Shown here in pieces: positions 11,129 to 20,834 of a stretch of 50,652 nt of DNA. Both the position numbers and the translations under genes were made by a program. Origin of the DNA: Candidatus Sulfomarinibacter kjeldsenii (GTDB taxonomy: Bacteria > Acidobacteriota > Thermoanaerobaculia > Thermoanaerobaculales > Sulfomarinibacteraceae); contig JACXWA010000120.1 in the NCBI GenBank assembly GCA_014764485.1, positions 1 to 50,652 on the forward strand. Direction: 5' to 3'. The notes beneath the pieces were generated by a model. The model saw nothing but the letters and a program-made list of their open reading frames with translations. It made no database searches and was not told the origin of the DNA. Position 1 is the stretch's first letter. Each line of letters opens with the position of its first letter.

Positions 11129-11136
11129 GGGCGGCC

Positions 11137-11760
11137 TCACTCTGCTGACTGCAGCATCTGAAGAATGCGACTGATGACGAGGTCGAGTGCTACGGTATTG
11201 AACCCGCCTTCGGGGATGATCACATCCGCCCAACGTTTCGAGGATTCGACAAACTCCAGGTGCATGGGCCTAACCGTGGCAAGGTATTGATCGACCACAC
11301 TGTCGACCGTTCGCCCACGCTCCGCCATGTCCCGCCGGAGGCGCCGGATGAACCTCAGGTCTGCATCGGTATCGACAAAGATCTTGACGTCGAGAAGCTC
11401 CCGAATGGGTGGAATTGCGAGGATGAGGATCCCCTCGACGAGAATTACAGGCTGCGGATCGGCCCACTCGGTAGCGGCCACGCGAACGTGGCGCGCGAAG
11501 TCGTAGACCGGCAAGGGGGCCGACTCGCCGGCCTTGAGTAAGGCGAGGTGCTTCTCCAGGAGTTCCTCTTCGATAGCATCCGGGTGGTCGAAGTTGTGGT
11601 GCGAACGGTGGTGGCCGTCAAGATGGGCCAGGTCGTGGTAGTACCGATCCTGGTTGACGATGACGATCCGGTCCCGTCCGACGCGGCGCACGATCTCGTT
11701 GGCCACAGTCGTTTTGCCGGATCCGGTACCGCCCGCCACGCCGATACAGAGAGTCTTCAC
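11137..11760 (-). CDS. udk: Uridine kinase
   Basis: GVAGGTGSGKTT, NFDHPDA, ILVEGIL, KIFVDTDADLRFIRR, VRPMH..FVE.SK..ADVIIP. Confidence 0.96.
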   Translation of the reverse strand: MKTLCIGVAGGTGSGKTTVANEIVRRVGRDRIVIVNQDRYYHDLAHLDGHHRSHHNFDHPDAIEEELLEKHLALLKAGESAPLPVYDFARHVRVAATEWADPQPVILVEGILILAIPPIRELLDVKIFVDTDADLRFIRRLRRDMAERGRTVDSVVDQYLATVRPMHLEFVESSKRWADVIIPEGGFNTVALDLVISRILQMLQSAE

Positions 11761-11787
11761 CGATCCGCCCTCTCCGTTAGCATCTCT

Positions 11788-12726
11788 TCAAAGGTATTTG
11801 ATCGTCTCCTCAGCAGTCGATGCCAGAGGCCCGTCGGGAGCAATCTCGAGGTACTTCTGGAGATGTGTCTTGGCCCCTTCCATATCGCCGGAGCGCAGCA
11901 GGAGCATCCCGTACTCGAAGTTGCATTCTGGAAAGTCGGGAGCCGCCGCGAGACATCTTTCTAGAAGTGGCCGCGCGCCCTCATCGTCCAGATTGTTGAG
12001 CAAGCCCGCGGCCTCATTGAAGAGGATTGTCGGGTCATCCGGATTCAGTTTCTGGTAAAGGACCATGTATTCGTCGCGCGAGGCCTCGTCGCCAAGCTCT
12101 CCGCTGGCGTTGATCGCGATGGCCAGGCATTGGATCGACTCCGGAGCCTTGTCGAGACAGCCGCGGGCAGCGGCCAGCGCGCCCTCCATGTCTCCCATGC
12201 CATAGGTGAGTTCGGCAAGGCGGGCGTAGGCCTCGAGGAGGTCCGGCCTGGCCGCGATGGCCTCCTCAAATTTCGTGCGCGCGGCTTCCTTGTCACCGGT
12301 GGTCATCAGCTCTTTTGCTTCCGCCAGCTCTTTGTATCCCGGTTGCTCGAGTTGTTGGATACCCCGGGCTGCAGCCGCCTGGTCCTCGGATTGAAGGTTG
12401 AAGTTAAAGGCATTGTCGGTCGACCCGGCCCCGACCTTGAACGGGCTCTCCAGCGGCTGAAATCCTTCTGCCTCGATGAGGAAGTTGTAGCCGCGGGTGG
12501 CGTCCAGGATGAGGGTCTGGAACTCGCCTTTTTCGTCGGTCGTGATGACCTTCTTGAACGTCGAAAGTTCGGTTGTAGTGATAGTGACGGTCGCAGCGGC
12601 AATCGGAGTTCCCGCTAGGTCCATCACGCGGCCTTCGATCTTGGCCTGGGTTCCGGCGTGAACCGTGGTGCTGATGACCAGCAGGCCGGCGACTGCGACA
12701 CAGGTCATGAGATGACGGTGCATCAT
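11788..12726 (-). CDS. Secreted protein with carboxypeptidase-regulatory-like N domain and TPR repeats
   Basis: Signal peptide; IEGRVMD..GTPIAAATV..TTDEKGEF beta domain; TPR-like helices ending LQKYLEIAPDG. Confidence 0.75.
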   Translation of the reverse strand: MMHRHLMTCVAVAGLLVISTTVHAGTQAKIEGRVMDLAGTPIAAATVTITTTELSTFKKVITTDEKGEFQTLILDATRGYNFLIEAEGFQPLESPFKVGAGSTDNAFNFNLQSEDQAAAARGIQQLEQPGYKELAEAKELMTTGDKEAARTKFEEAIAARPDLLEAYARLAELTYGMGDMEGALAAARGCLDKAPESIQCLAIAINASGELGDEASRDEYMVLYQKLNPDDPTILFNEAAGLLNNLDDEGARPLLERCLAAAPDFPECNFEYGMLLLRSGDMEGAKTHLQKYLEIAPDGPLASTAEETIKYL

Positions 12727-12800
12727 TCGGGCCTCCTGCGCGGGTGCGCGCGAACGAGCATACCGTCTTTCGAAGGCGGTCTCAACGACCGCGAAACCAA

Positions 12801-13697
12801 CTACCGGAACATTGCCCGGACAACGTGGTGGGCGACGGTGGGATTTTCGCGTAGACGCCGTATTGAATAGGGGTACCAGTCCTTGCCGTAGGGTACGTAG
12901 ACTCGTAGCCGGTGTCCGTTGGCCAGGATGACTCGCCGCAGTTCAGGGTCGACTCCGAGCAACATCTGGAATTCGTAACGGTCGTGGTCCAGTCCAAGGC
13001 GGTCGACGATCTGCATCCCAGCCCACACCAGGTGTGGGTCGTGGGTGGCGATGCCGACATAGGCGCCCGAGGAGAGAAGCTTTTCAGTCGCGTAGACAAA
13101 GTTGGCGCGGATCGTCTCGAAGTCCTTCCAGGCGATCTCTCTCGGTTCGCGGTAGATGCCTTTGCAGATTCGGATGTTCGGAACGAGAGGCAAAAGGCTG
13201 TTGATATCGGCGATGGTTCGGTGGAGGTAAGACTGGAGTACGACACCAACCGAGGTTGGGTGTTCTTCGTGCATCTGGCGGAAGAGACGGATGGTGTTGT
13301 CCGTGCAGGTGTGGTCCTCCATATCGACTCGTACGAAGTTGTTGAACTGAGCCGCACGTGCGACGATTCGCAAGAGGTTTTCCTCGCAGAGGGACTGGTC
13401 GACGTTGAGTCCAAGCATGGTCGGTTTGATGGAAATATTGGCGTCGAGTTTTTCGTCCTCAATGCGGTCGAGTAGCCGCAAGTATTCCTCCACCGCGGCG
13501 GTCGCCTTGACCGGTTCTCGTACCTCCTCACCGAGGATGTCCACTGTACCCATCGCCCCTTCGTCGTTGAGCGCCCGCAATGTATGGACCGCATCGTCAA
13601 GGGTGTCACCGGCAACATATCGCCGAGCGACTCGGCCGACAATTGTCTTCGGCACGAAAGGCATTCCGTATTTCACCAAAGTATCGAATAGGCTCAT
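12801..13697 (-). CDS. Monofunctional proline dehydrogenase
   Basis: Start ATG 13697; RYVAG, DILGE, SIKPT.LGL, VRVDMED, IRICKGIY.E, IATHD, EFQMLLG, YVPYG.DWYPY..RRL.E. Confidence 0.93.
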   Translation of the reverse strand: MSLFDTLVKYGMPFVPKTIVGRVARRYVAGDTLDDAVHTLRALNDEGAMGTVDILGEEVREPVKATAAVEEYLRLLDRIEDEKLDANISIKPTMLGLNVDQSLCEENLLRIVARAAQFNNFVRVDMEDHTCTDNTIRLFRQMHEEHPTSVGVVLQSYLHRTIADINSLLPLVPNIRICKGIYREPREIAWKDFETIRANFVYATEKLLSSGAYVGIATHDPHLVWAGMQIVDRLGLDHDRYEFQMLLGVDPELRRVILANGHRLRVYVPYGKDWYPYSIRRLRENPTVAHHVVRAMFR

Positions 13698-14425
13698 GAG
13701 AATCTCCTCGAATCGGGGGCATGGGCGCAAACGGCGCAGTAGACGGCACTTGCGCCAGCGTGGCGGAGTGCCTGGGCAGCCCGCTTGAGTGTTGTTCCAG
13801 TAGTCATCACATCATCGATCAGTAACGGGCTTCGACCATCGGCTTCTGATCGCGCCGAAAAACTCGTTTGGGATAACTCGAGGCGACGGGCCCTGGATCG
13901 GCCGGTTTGACGGACAAGGCCGTGCCGCCGCAGAAGCCGAATAGCCGGCCTCTCGATTCTCCTGGAAACTGACTCCGCGAGCAACTCAGACGCTGCCCAC
14001 GGTTTCTTCAGCCTCCTCCACGGGTGCGAAGGGATGGGTACTATGCAGTCGATCAGCGATGCCCACGACTCGGCTGCAACCGATGCCGCAAGGCGATCAC
14101 CGAGAGGTGCGGCAAGATCGTCGCGGCCACCGTGTTTGAGCGCCAGAATGGCGGTACGAAGTACCCCGTCATGTTCACCCCAGGCCACTGTCGCAGATTG
14201 CGGAGGAGGTGCCTGAAGGCAGGCCAGACAAGGCTCGGAGGAGTCTTGGATTGGGACGCCGCAGTGTCGGCAGGCGCTGCCGGCTCGGGGCACGGTCAGC
14301 GACCAGCACGAGCCACACAGACCACGGTCAGTTCCGTCGAGTGGATGATCGCAGTGTGGACACATGCCGGGAAGCAGGGCTTCAATCGCCGCGGCCAATG
14401 CGCCCCCCGTCTGCACGGCGTTCAT
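13694..14425 (-). CDS. ComF family protein (double zinc ribbon + PRTase-like domain)
   Basis: CPHC..CGSC..CRHC..CLAC; LLIDDVMTTGTTL. Confidence 0.9.
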   Translation of the reverse strand: MNAVQTGGALAAAIEALLPGMCPHCDHPLDGTDRGLCGSCWSLTVPRAGSACRHCGVPIQDSSEPCLACLQAPPPQSATVAWGEHDGVLRTAILALKHGGRDDLAAPLGDRLAASVAAESWASLIDCIVPIPSHPWRRLKKPWAASELLAESVSRRIERPAIRLLRRHGLVRQTGRSRARRLELSQTSFSARSEADGRSPLLIDDVMTTGTTLKRAAQALRHAGASAVYCAVCAHAPDSRRFS

Positions 14426-14517
14426 CCTACCAGAATGTCAGCCGGGTATGAAGGCCAGCCACCCTCATTGGAGAGTTGCTTCGGACGTCGTGTTGATAGG
14501 CTGGTTATACTTTGCTC

Positions 14518-14952
14518 ATGGATGTGACCCAATTCGAGTTTGAGCTCGAGAGCGACGGCCACGGACACGTATACGATCTGACTGAAGATGTGGCGGCCTG
14601 GTTGGGGTCGATCGAGGCATCCGATGGTCAAATGACGGTTTTTGTGCCCGGTTCGACTGCCGTGATCACCACCATCGAGTTCGAGCCCGGCGCTGTTCGG
14701 GACCTCGTCGAGGCTCTCGAACGAATTGCTCCGTCCGACCGCTCTTATCACCACGATCTGCGATGGGGGGATGGCAACGGGTTCTCACACTTGCGTGCCG
14801 CCCTGTTGGGTCCCTCTCTGACTGTTCCCGTAGCCCGAGGACGATGTGTTCTCGGCACCTGGCAGCAGATCGTGCTAGTCGAGTGCGATCTCGCACCCCG
14901 GCGGCGCCGGGTGGTCCTTTCATTCGTCGGTGTGTGCCATCAGGAGGTTTGA
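14518..14952 (+). CDS. YjbQ/UPF0047 family protein
   Basis: FVPGSTA..TIEFEPG, YHHD..GDGNGFSHLRAALLG, LGTWQQI. Confidence 0.9.
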   Translation: MDVTQFEFELESDGHGHVYDLTEDVAAWLGSIEASDGQMTVFVPGSTAVITTIEFEPGAVRDLVEALERIAPSDRSYHHDLRWGDGNGFSHLRAALLGPSLTVPVARGRCVLGTWQQIVLVECDLAPRRRRVVLSFVGVCHQEV

Positions 14953-15320
14953 TGCCGCACATCATTCTCACCGGAACGTTGGATTTTATGGCGGTTGCCT
15001 CGAGCCTCGATCGTGAACCTCAGCGCTGGCGGGCGGCGGTGCTCAAGAATGAGGCCTCATGGCATCGCTCAGATGGTCTCGCGGTTCTGGTCGAGGGAGT
15101 GGTGATCGAGCATTCGCGGCCGCTGCATCCGGTTGCTGTCATCAACCAGAGCCACGGCGATACGAGTGTGAGACTGTGGCGCCTTGCCCAGGTCGAACGC
15201 ACGCCCGCGGTACAACGCTGGCTGGCCTCGATCGCGCGTGAGCTGCAACGACTGGGTGCCGGCCCAATAAAAACAACAAATATCGCTGACGATCTGTTAC
15301 ACGGCCTCGATTTAGATTGA
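14952..15320 (+). CDS. Hypothetical protein (122 aa)
   Basis: ATG 14952 overlaps upstream TGA, GGAGG RBS; MPHIILTG start. Confidence 0.65.
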   Translation: MPHIILTGTLDFMAVASSLDREPQRWRAAVLKNEASWHRSDGLAVLVEGVVIEHSRPLHPVAVINQSHGDTSVRLWRLAQVERTPAVQRWLASIARELQRLGAGPIKTTNIADDLLHGLDLD

Positions 15321-15364
15321 GTGCTCCGCCTCCGCAGCAGAGAGTTTATGAGAGGTGGAGGCTA

Positions 15365-15916
15365 TTATTGCTGGTTGAGCTCCTCGTCGAGCTCCTGATA
15401 GCGCTCCTGCTGCGACTGCTGGAGATTGTCGAGCCGATCGCGGACAGCGTCGGTGGCGAGGCCCGGACCGGGGCCGCCCGATGCAGCACCGCCAAACTGG
15501 ATCGCGTCCGAAGCGACATCGAGGTATCGGCGGGCCCGCATCAGGTGGGCGGTAGAGGGCCTTGTTGCCTGTGCCCGAAGCTCTCCGGCCGCTTTCCGGA
15601 TGGCCACCGCGGCTCGCAGCTCAGAGCTTGGTGACGGCGCCGCGTCCGCCCAGGCAGCGGCGGTGGCGGCAAAGGTCTTGAGATCTTCGATGTGATCGGG
15701 AAGGGTGTCCGGTGTGGCTAGGAGGCCTTCCATCGCGCCGATCATCTGCAGTGCGAGGTCGCGGTCAAGAGCCCTGCCGGTCACGCCCACTTCGCGGAGA
15801 TCTGTGGCGACCGCAGCAACAGCGTCGAGGCTCGAGGTCGCGTTACGACCCGTGAGATACATCATGTACCCGACTGCGATCAGGATGGTGAGGAACAGGG
15901 CCCCTGAGATTCGCAA
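15365..15916 (-). CDS. Hypothetical membrane-anchored helical protein
   Basis: Start re-called at TTG 15916 after GGAGG, with TATACT -10 upstream; N-terminal TM then Ala-rich helices and Gln/Glu-rich tail. Confidence 0.6.
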   Translation of the reverse strand: MRISGALFLTILIAVGYMMYLTGRNATSSLDAVAAVATDLREVGVTGRALDRDLALQMIGAMEGLLATPDTLPDHIEDLKTFAATAAAWADAAPSPSSELRAAVAIRKAAGELRAQATRPSTAHLMRARRYLDVASDAIQFGGAASGGPGPGLATDAVRDRLDNLQQSQQERYQELDEELNQQ

Positions 15917-16027
15917 CCAAAAACCTCCACTCAGAGTATAGATGACGGCGGATCGGCAGTGTCCCCAGCAGTGGACATCATTTCGTTGGTTGACCACCGA
16001 CTGTCGCAGTGAATCACGGGTCAAGCG

Positions 16028-16043
16028 TGGCACGATCCTTGCG
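16028..16043 (+). promoter_or_regulatory. Sigma-54 (-24/-12) promoter
   Basis: TGGCACG-ATCC-TTGCG matches TGGCACG-N4-TTGCW (last base differs); followed by GGAGG 16056-16060 and ATG 16066. Confidence 0.75.
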
Positions 16044-16065
16044 AGTTTGTTGGGCGGAGGCCGAA

Positions 16066-16989
16066 ATGCGCGAGAGAAAGACTGAATTAGGCGCGATTGG
16101 GCTGGTGGTTCTGATGATGGCTGTGGCCCCGTTGCCGATCGAGGCGCAGCTCGCTGCGGACTGGATGGTTCCGGCGGCGGCTCACAATCGCGGATCGCAG
16201 GACAGCTTCTGGAAAACGGACCTCTCGCTGCATAATCCGCATGAGTTTGACCTCCCGGTCGTGATTCAGGCACTTCCTAGCGACACGGTCAATCTCGAGG
16301 TCCCGACCCTGACATTCACTATCTATCCGTGGGAGACGATCAACTTGTGGGACGTGCTTGGTCCGGATGTCTTTGACGTGGATGGCACAGCGGCCATCAT
16401 CGCGTATGCCGATCCGGCGCTGCGGTGTGATCCGATCGAGGATTGCCATTTTCTGGTGACATCGCGCACCTATACCCCCGAGAAGGGCGGCGATGGTGAG
16501 TATGGTCTGACGGTGCCCGGCGCAGCGATATCGAGCGCCACTGATTGGTCTACCTTTGGTTATGCGGCTGGCGTGCTCAACGATGGTGACTACTTCAGGT
16601 GCAATGCCGGTGTCGCGTCCTGGACACCCGACTGGACCAGGGTGCGCCTCGATATCCAGGATTCCGACGGTCAGATCGTGAGCAGCGAGGTTTTCGACCT
16701 GCCGCCGTACGGCCATGTTCAGCGCCGCCTGGCGACATCCGGGTATGGGGGCTCTCTCGTTTTCTACCTCGAGTCAGGGCCCGATGACGCCTCGGTCTTT
16801 CCCTATGCAACGGTGATCAACCAGCGGACCGGAGATTCGAGCTACCTCTTCGCCTCATCTTCGGCGGTCGGTGTTTCGGTTGCGAAAAATCTCGGATCCA
16901 TCGGTGGCCGTCCCGGGGGTCCGTCGGCCTCGACGCGAGTTGTCACACCGGTGCGCAGAGGTCGGAAACCGGCCCACCGTCTGAAATAA
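16066..16989 (+). CDS. Secreted beta-rich hypothetical protein
   Basis: Signal peptide (..PIEA-Q); motifs VPAAAH..G...WKTDLSLHNP, SRTYT, FRCNAG, YATVINQRTGD. Confidence 0.75.
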   Translation: MRERKTELGAIGLVVLMMAVAPLPIEAQLAADWMVPAAAHNRGSQDSFWKTDLSLHNPHEFDLPVVIQALPSDTVNLEVPTLTFTIYPWETINLWDVLGPDVFDVDGTAAIIAYADPALRCDPIEDCHFLVTSRTYTPEKGGDGEYGLTVPGAAISSATDWSTFGYAAGVLNDGDYFRCNAGVASWTPDWTRVRLDIQDSDGQIVSSEVFDLPPYGHVQRRLATSGYGGSLVFYLESGPDDASVFPYATVINQRTGDSSYLFASSSAVGVSVAKNLGSIGGRPGGPSASTRVVTPVRRGRKPAHRLK

Positions 16990-17054
16990 TCGCAGCTGGA
17001 CCTCCCGCGATGTAGAATTCATAGTAGGGGCGTCTATCACTCGTCGGGGGGCGA

Positions 17055-19256
17055 ATGGTCCAGTTCGACAACCAGCACCGCCAGATCAAGATCAAGATCG
17101 TCTATTACGGCCCCGCCGTGGGCGGCAAGACGACCTGTCTTCAGCACCTGCACCGGGTCACAGATCCCCAAAATCGGACCAAGCTCTACTCCTTGAATAC
17201 TGCAACCGATCGCACCCTGTTCTTTGATCTCCTGTCGTTGAACCTCGGAAGGATCCGAGGTTTTCGCCTGGCCCTTCAGCTCTACACGGTTCCGGGTCAA
17301 GTCCAGTACGACGCGACCCGCCGCACGGTGCTTGCAGGTGCTGACGGGGTGGTCTTTGTTGCCGATTCCCAGGTCGCACAACGCGAAGCCAATCTCGAAT
17401 CTCTCGAGAATCTGTGGGTCAACATGGCCGCCAACGGTCTCGATCAGAAGACTGTGCCGGTCGTCCTGCAATACAACAAAAGGGATCTCGACCCGATCCT
17501 GACGGTCGAGGAGATGGAGGCGGCCCTCAACGGCGATGGCCGGCCGGCCTTCCCGACCGTTGCGATTTCCGGTGAGGGAGTGTTCGAGGCTTTTGCGGCA
17601 ATCGGCGAGCACACACTGGCTTCGGTGGCCGACAAGCTCGGGGTTGGCACCAGCCCGCAGGCGGTTGAACGTCTCCAAGAGCAGATGCACAAGGCCGTAC
17701 AGCCCTTCATGGACGAGGATGGCGAGGCGCCGCCCACCAACGAGGATACTGTGGTCACGGTCACTGGGCCTGAAATCGAGGCCGGGCAGGTCCTGAGCGA
17801 AGACCTGCTGATCGGTGAGGCGGTCCGGGCAAACCTGGCTATAACTGACGTCACGACCCGCCTCGATATTGTCAGCCGGCAGCTCAAGCGCAAGGTGCGG
17901 GTGATGGACAGCATCTCCCTGTTCGGTCATGCGGTGAGTAATCAACGCGATCCCGCCAAGGTATTACGTCTGCTCATCACTGAAGCGATTCGCCTGCTCC
18001 AGCTGCAAGGGGCCTCAGTGATCATCATTCCCGGTGGTGGACGTGTTCGAGAAGCGGTGGTCCACGGATTTAAACAGGATCCACTGCTATACGCCGCAGA
18101 CTCAACCGGAGGGTCGGTCGCGACCGCGCTGCTCAACGAACGCAAGCCTCGGCTCTTCGTGCGAGAGGCTGAAGAAGAAAACGACGAAGCCGCTGTGGCC
18201 GCGGTCGATGGTGCGGGATTTACGTCTGCGCTTGCGGTACCCATGATGACCCAGGAGAAAGTGGTCGGATTGCTGACTGCGTACGGCGACAACGAGCGAG
18301 CCGACCTCGACGAAGACGACTTGCAGCTTGCCACAGTTCTCGCTTCCACCGCAGCCATGGGATACGCCAACGCTATAGCCTGGCGGCAGATGGAAGACTT
18401 CAACAAGGGGTTGGAAGCCAAGGTCGAGGAGCGGGCGGGTGAGCTCAAAAGAAGTCTCGTCGAGTCCCGCCGCCTCGCCACCGACCTCGAGGAAAAGAAA
18501 AACCTCCTCGAGACCGCCTATCGTGATCTCGAGGCGCTCGATGAGGTCAAAAACGAACTGATCAATCGACTGTCGCTCGATCTTCGGACGCCGGTCACCT
18601 CACTCTTCACTGCCGCCAAGATCGTTCGCCGCGAAAAGGAGGTGTCTCCGGAAAAGGCCGAGCGGCTTTTGAACATCATCTACGATGAGGGTAAAAAGCT
18701 CATGGAGATTGTCCAAAATGTATTCCAGGCATCGGTGATTGCCGCTGGCGCGCGGGATCTCGAGCGAAGATCCGTGCCACCACAGGATCTTTTCCGCAAC
18801 GCGATCTCACCCCTCCGTGATCTCGCCGCGGACCACGATGTGCGCATACAGGTCCTCATTCCGAGCGGTCTGGAGACGATTTCTTGTGAGCCGGAGAGCG
18901 CTGAAGCAGCGTTGCGGGCGGTGATCAAGAACGGCATTGAGTTCAGTAGTGGTGGAGAGGTGAAGCTCGAGGTGCGGCGGGCCACGTACGACGGGGACCC
19001 ATGGTTGCAGCTGCGGGTGAGCGATTCGGGATCTGGAATTTCGGAAGAAGATCTTGCGCACGTTTTCGAGGCCTTCTGGCAAGGTGACGATTCGAATGCG
19101 GGGAAACGCCATGGAATCGGGCTCGGTCTTACAATTGCCAAAAGGGTTGTGGAGAATCATGGCGGCACCATCGTCGTCGAAAGGGGAGCGAGTGGGGGCA
19201 CCGAGGTTGTGATGTCCCTGCCACAGGAAGTGGTGCAGGATACGGCGCCGGCCTGA
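17055..19256 (+). CDS. MglA-type small GTPase - GAF - histidine-kinase-like (His-less) fusion protein
   Basis: KIVYYGPAVGGKTT, DRTLFFD, LYTVPGQ, GADGVVFVADSQ, QYNKRDL; GAF (SALAVPM..VVGLL); H-box SLDLRTP; HATPase KNGIEF, DSGSGI, VFEAF, GIGLGL. Confidence 0.9.
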   Translation: MVQFDNQHRQIKIKIVYYGPAVGGKTTCLQHLHRVTDPQNRTKLYSLNTATDRTLFFDLLSLNLGRIRGFRLALQLYTVPGQVQYDATRRTVLAGADGVVFVADSQVAQREANLESLENLWVNMAANGLDQKTVPVVLQYNKRDLDPILTVEEMEAALNGDGRPAFPTVAISGEGVFEAFAAIGEHTLASVADKLGVGTSPQAVERLQEQMHKAVQPFMDEDGEAPPTNEDTVVTVTGPEIEAGQVLSEDLLIGEAVRANLAITDVTTRLDIVSRQLKRKVRVMDSISLFGHAVSNQRDPAKVLRLLITEAIRLLQLQGASVIIIPGGGRVREAVVHGFKQDPLLYAADSTGGSVATALLNERKPRLFVREAEEENDEAAVAAVDGAGFTSALAVPMMTQEKVVGLLTAYGDNERADLDEDDLQLATVLASTAAMGYANAIAWRQMEDFNKGLEAKVEERAGELKRSLVESRRLATDLEEKKNLLETAYRDLEALDEVKNELINRLSLDLRTPVTSLFTAAKIVRREKEVSPEKAERLLNIIYDEGKKLMEIVQNVFQASVIAAGARDLERRSVPPQDLFRNAISPLRDLAADHDVRIQVLIPSGLETISCEPESAEAALRAVIKNGIEFSSGGEVKLEVRRATYDGDPWLQLRVSDSGSGISEEDLAHVFEAFWQGDDSNAGKRHGIGLGLTIAKRVVENHGGTIVVERGASGGTEVVMSLPQEVVQDTAPA

Positions 19257-19317
19257 TCTCAACCTCGATTTCTCAACAGCTTTCCGGCCTCGCAACGAAG
19301 ACTTGTGATATTGCTCG

Positions 19318-20694
19318 CTAAGACGAAAGGGCTTCCTCGTCAAACGTGTCCGCGACTTCACGAGCGGCGTCGGCGGCCAGAGCAAGGGCCGTCGGTGAAG
19401 CAATCTCGAGCATCGTCTCGGCTCCTCCAGGAATCGTCGACGGCCAGGTTGCCGCGGTCGACAGACACTCCCTGCCGAGGTGGAGGCAGACGCCAAGTGG
19501 TGTCGGCGAGCGTGGGTCCAACACCCTGCGGATCTCGGACGGAAAGTCGGCGAGGTGTGCGAGTCTCGAACCGACCCGCCGCGACAGATGCTCGAGCAAG
19601 GTCTTTCGCAGGCGCTGGTGCGGGACTGGAAGGGAAGTGAGGGCCCAGAGCACGAGGTCCGTTGGCACGGTCACGAGGTGAACTGCCAATGACGCGGTTT
19701 CAGGGGCCACATCGAGGTGTGGCGCAGCGGCCGCAGCCGTCTGTGACCAGGCGGCTACCACCTGCTGAATGAGTTCGTCCAGCTTTGCTGCTTTGGGACG
19801 TTTCAGAAAACCACTGCCGATCATTTCTTCCCACAGGTTGAGATCGGTTGCAATCGTCTCGAGCTCGGCGAGAGATAACGGCCCCGGATGGGTGTGGTTG
19901 CGAACCGTACAGGCGAGCACCATCTGGTTCCACGCAGCGTGGGGCCGTCCCGGCAGATAAAACGGCAGCTCGTTTTCGGAAGCCGCGAGCAAACCTTCGA
20001 TCTGCCCAGCCGGCAGAGGAACCAGGCCGGGGCTCGAGGACAGCCACTGTGAGAGCGTAGTGACGATGTCGCGCACCAAGTCGTGGAGACGGCTCAACTG
20101 GTTGCCATCGATTGCATCCTCTTCCGCTACCCCATCTCGAATCATCTGCCAGAAGAGGTCTTCGAACGCCTCGCCAGTAAAAGCGAGTTCATACGAACGT
20201 CGCTTCGCTTCGCCCGGCACATCCTCATCGGACCGACGCGCGGCCTCCATCAGAAGATGACTCGGCTCGACATTGAGGCTGAGTCCGAGAATGTCGAGGA
20301 CCGGGTGGTTGGGAATGAACTCGAAGCTGACTTCGGGTGATATCAAGATCCGGCTGGTAATGGCTTCGGCAAGATCGGTGAGGCTCGCCTGGAGGTCCTC
20401 TGGTGAGACTCGGCCCTCGCCAATGAGAAGGTCCGTGAAGAGGGCACGGCGGACCATCGAAGTGGCGAGGATACGGCGAAGCTCGCCGAGCGGAATCAGA
20501 CTGCGCCGGGTGAGCCAGGTGGCGAGCCTCTCCTCGGGGATCGTCGAAGAGGCGTAGCAGACCCGACCGTCGATGAAATCGAGCCGGCGCTCACCGCGAG
20601 TGTCTTTCAGAACCAGGCGTCCACTGACGCCACCCATCTGAAACCACTGCAGGAGGTCTCCAAAATGGAGACGGTCGAGGTTTCCCTTGATCAT
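19318..20694 (-). CDS. DUF4388 (PATAN-like) domain protein with uncharacterised C-terminal region
   Basis: Start re-called at ATG 20694: MIKGNLDRLHFGDLLQW...SGRLVL...FIDGRVCYA...LLMEAARRSDE. Confidence 0.8.
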   Translation of the reverse strand: MIKGNLDRLHFGDLLQWFQMGGVSGRLVLKDTRGERRLDFIDGRVCYASSTIPEERLATWLTRRSLIPLGELRRILATSMVRRALFTDLLIGEGRVSPEDLQASLTDLAEAITSRILISPEVSFEFIPNHPVLDILGLSLNVEPSHLLMEAARRSDEDVPGEAKRRSYELAFTGEAFEDLFWQMIRDGVAEEDAIDGNQLSRLHDLVRDIVTTLSQWLSSSPGLVPLPAGQIEGLLAASENELPFYLPGRPHAAWNQMVLACTVRNHTHPGPLSLAELETIATDLNLWEEMIGSGFLKRPKAAKLDELIQQVVAAWSQTAAAAAPHLDVAPETASLAVHLVTVPTDLVLWALTSLPVPHQRLRKTLLEHLSRRVGSRLAHLADFPSEIRRVLDPRSPTPLGVCLHLGRECLSTAATWPSTIPGGAETMLEIASPTALALAADAAREVADTFDEEALSS

Positions 20695-20834
20695 CGCCCC
20701 AGTATACCGGCTTACGAGCCTAAGCCGAATATGAGACGCGACCGAGTTGCGAGCGCCCCGGCACGCACCTCGTGCTTGGACAGGCTTTGAGCAGTGGTAG
20801 GAGATATCGGGAGAGGTTGCGCTACCATCTGTGG

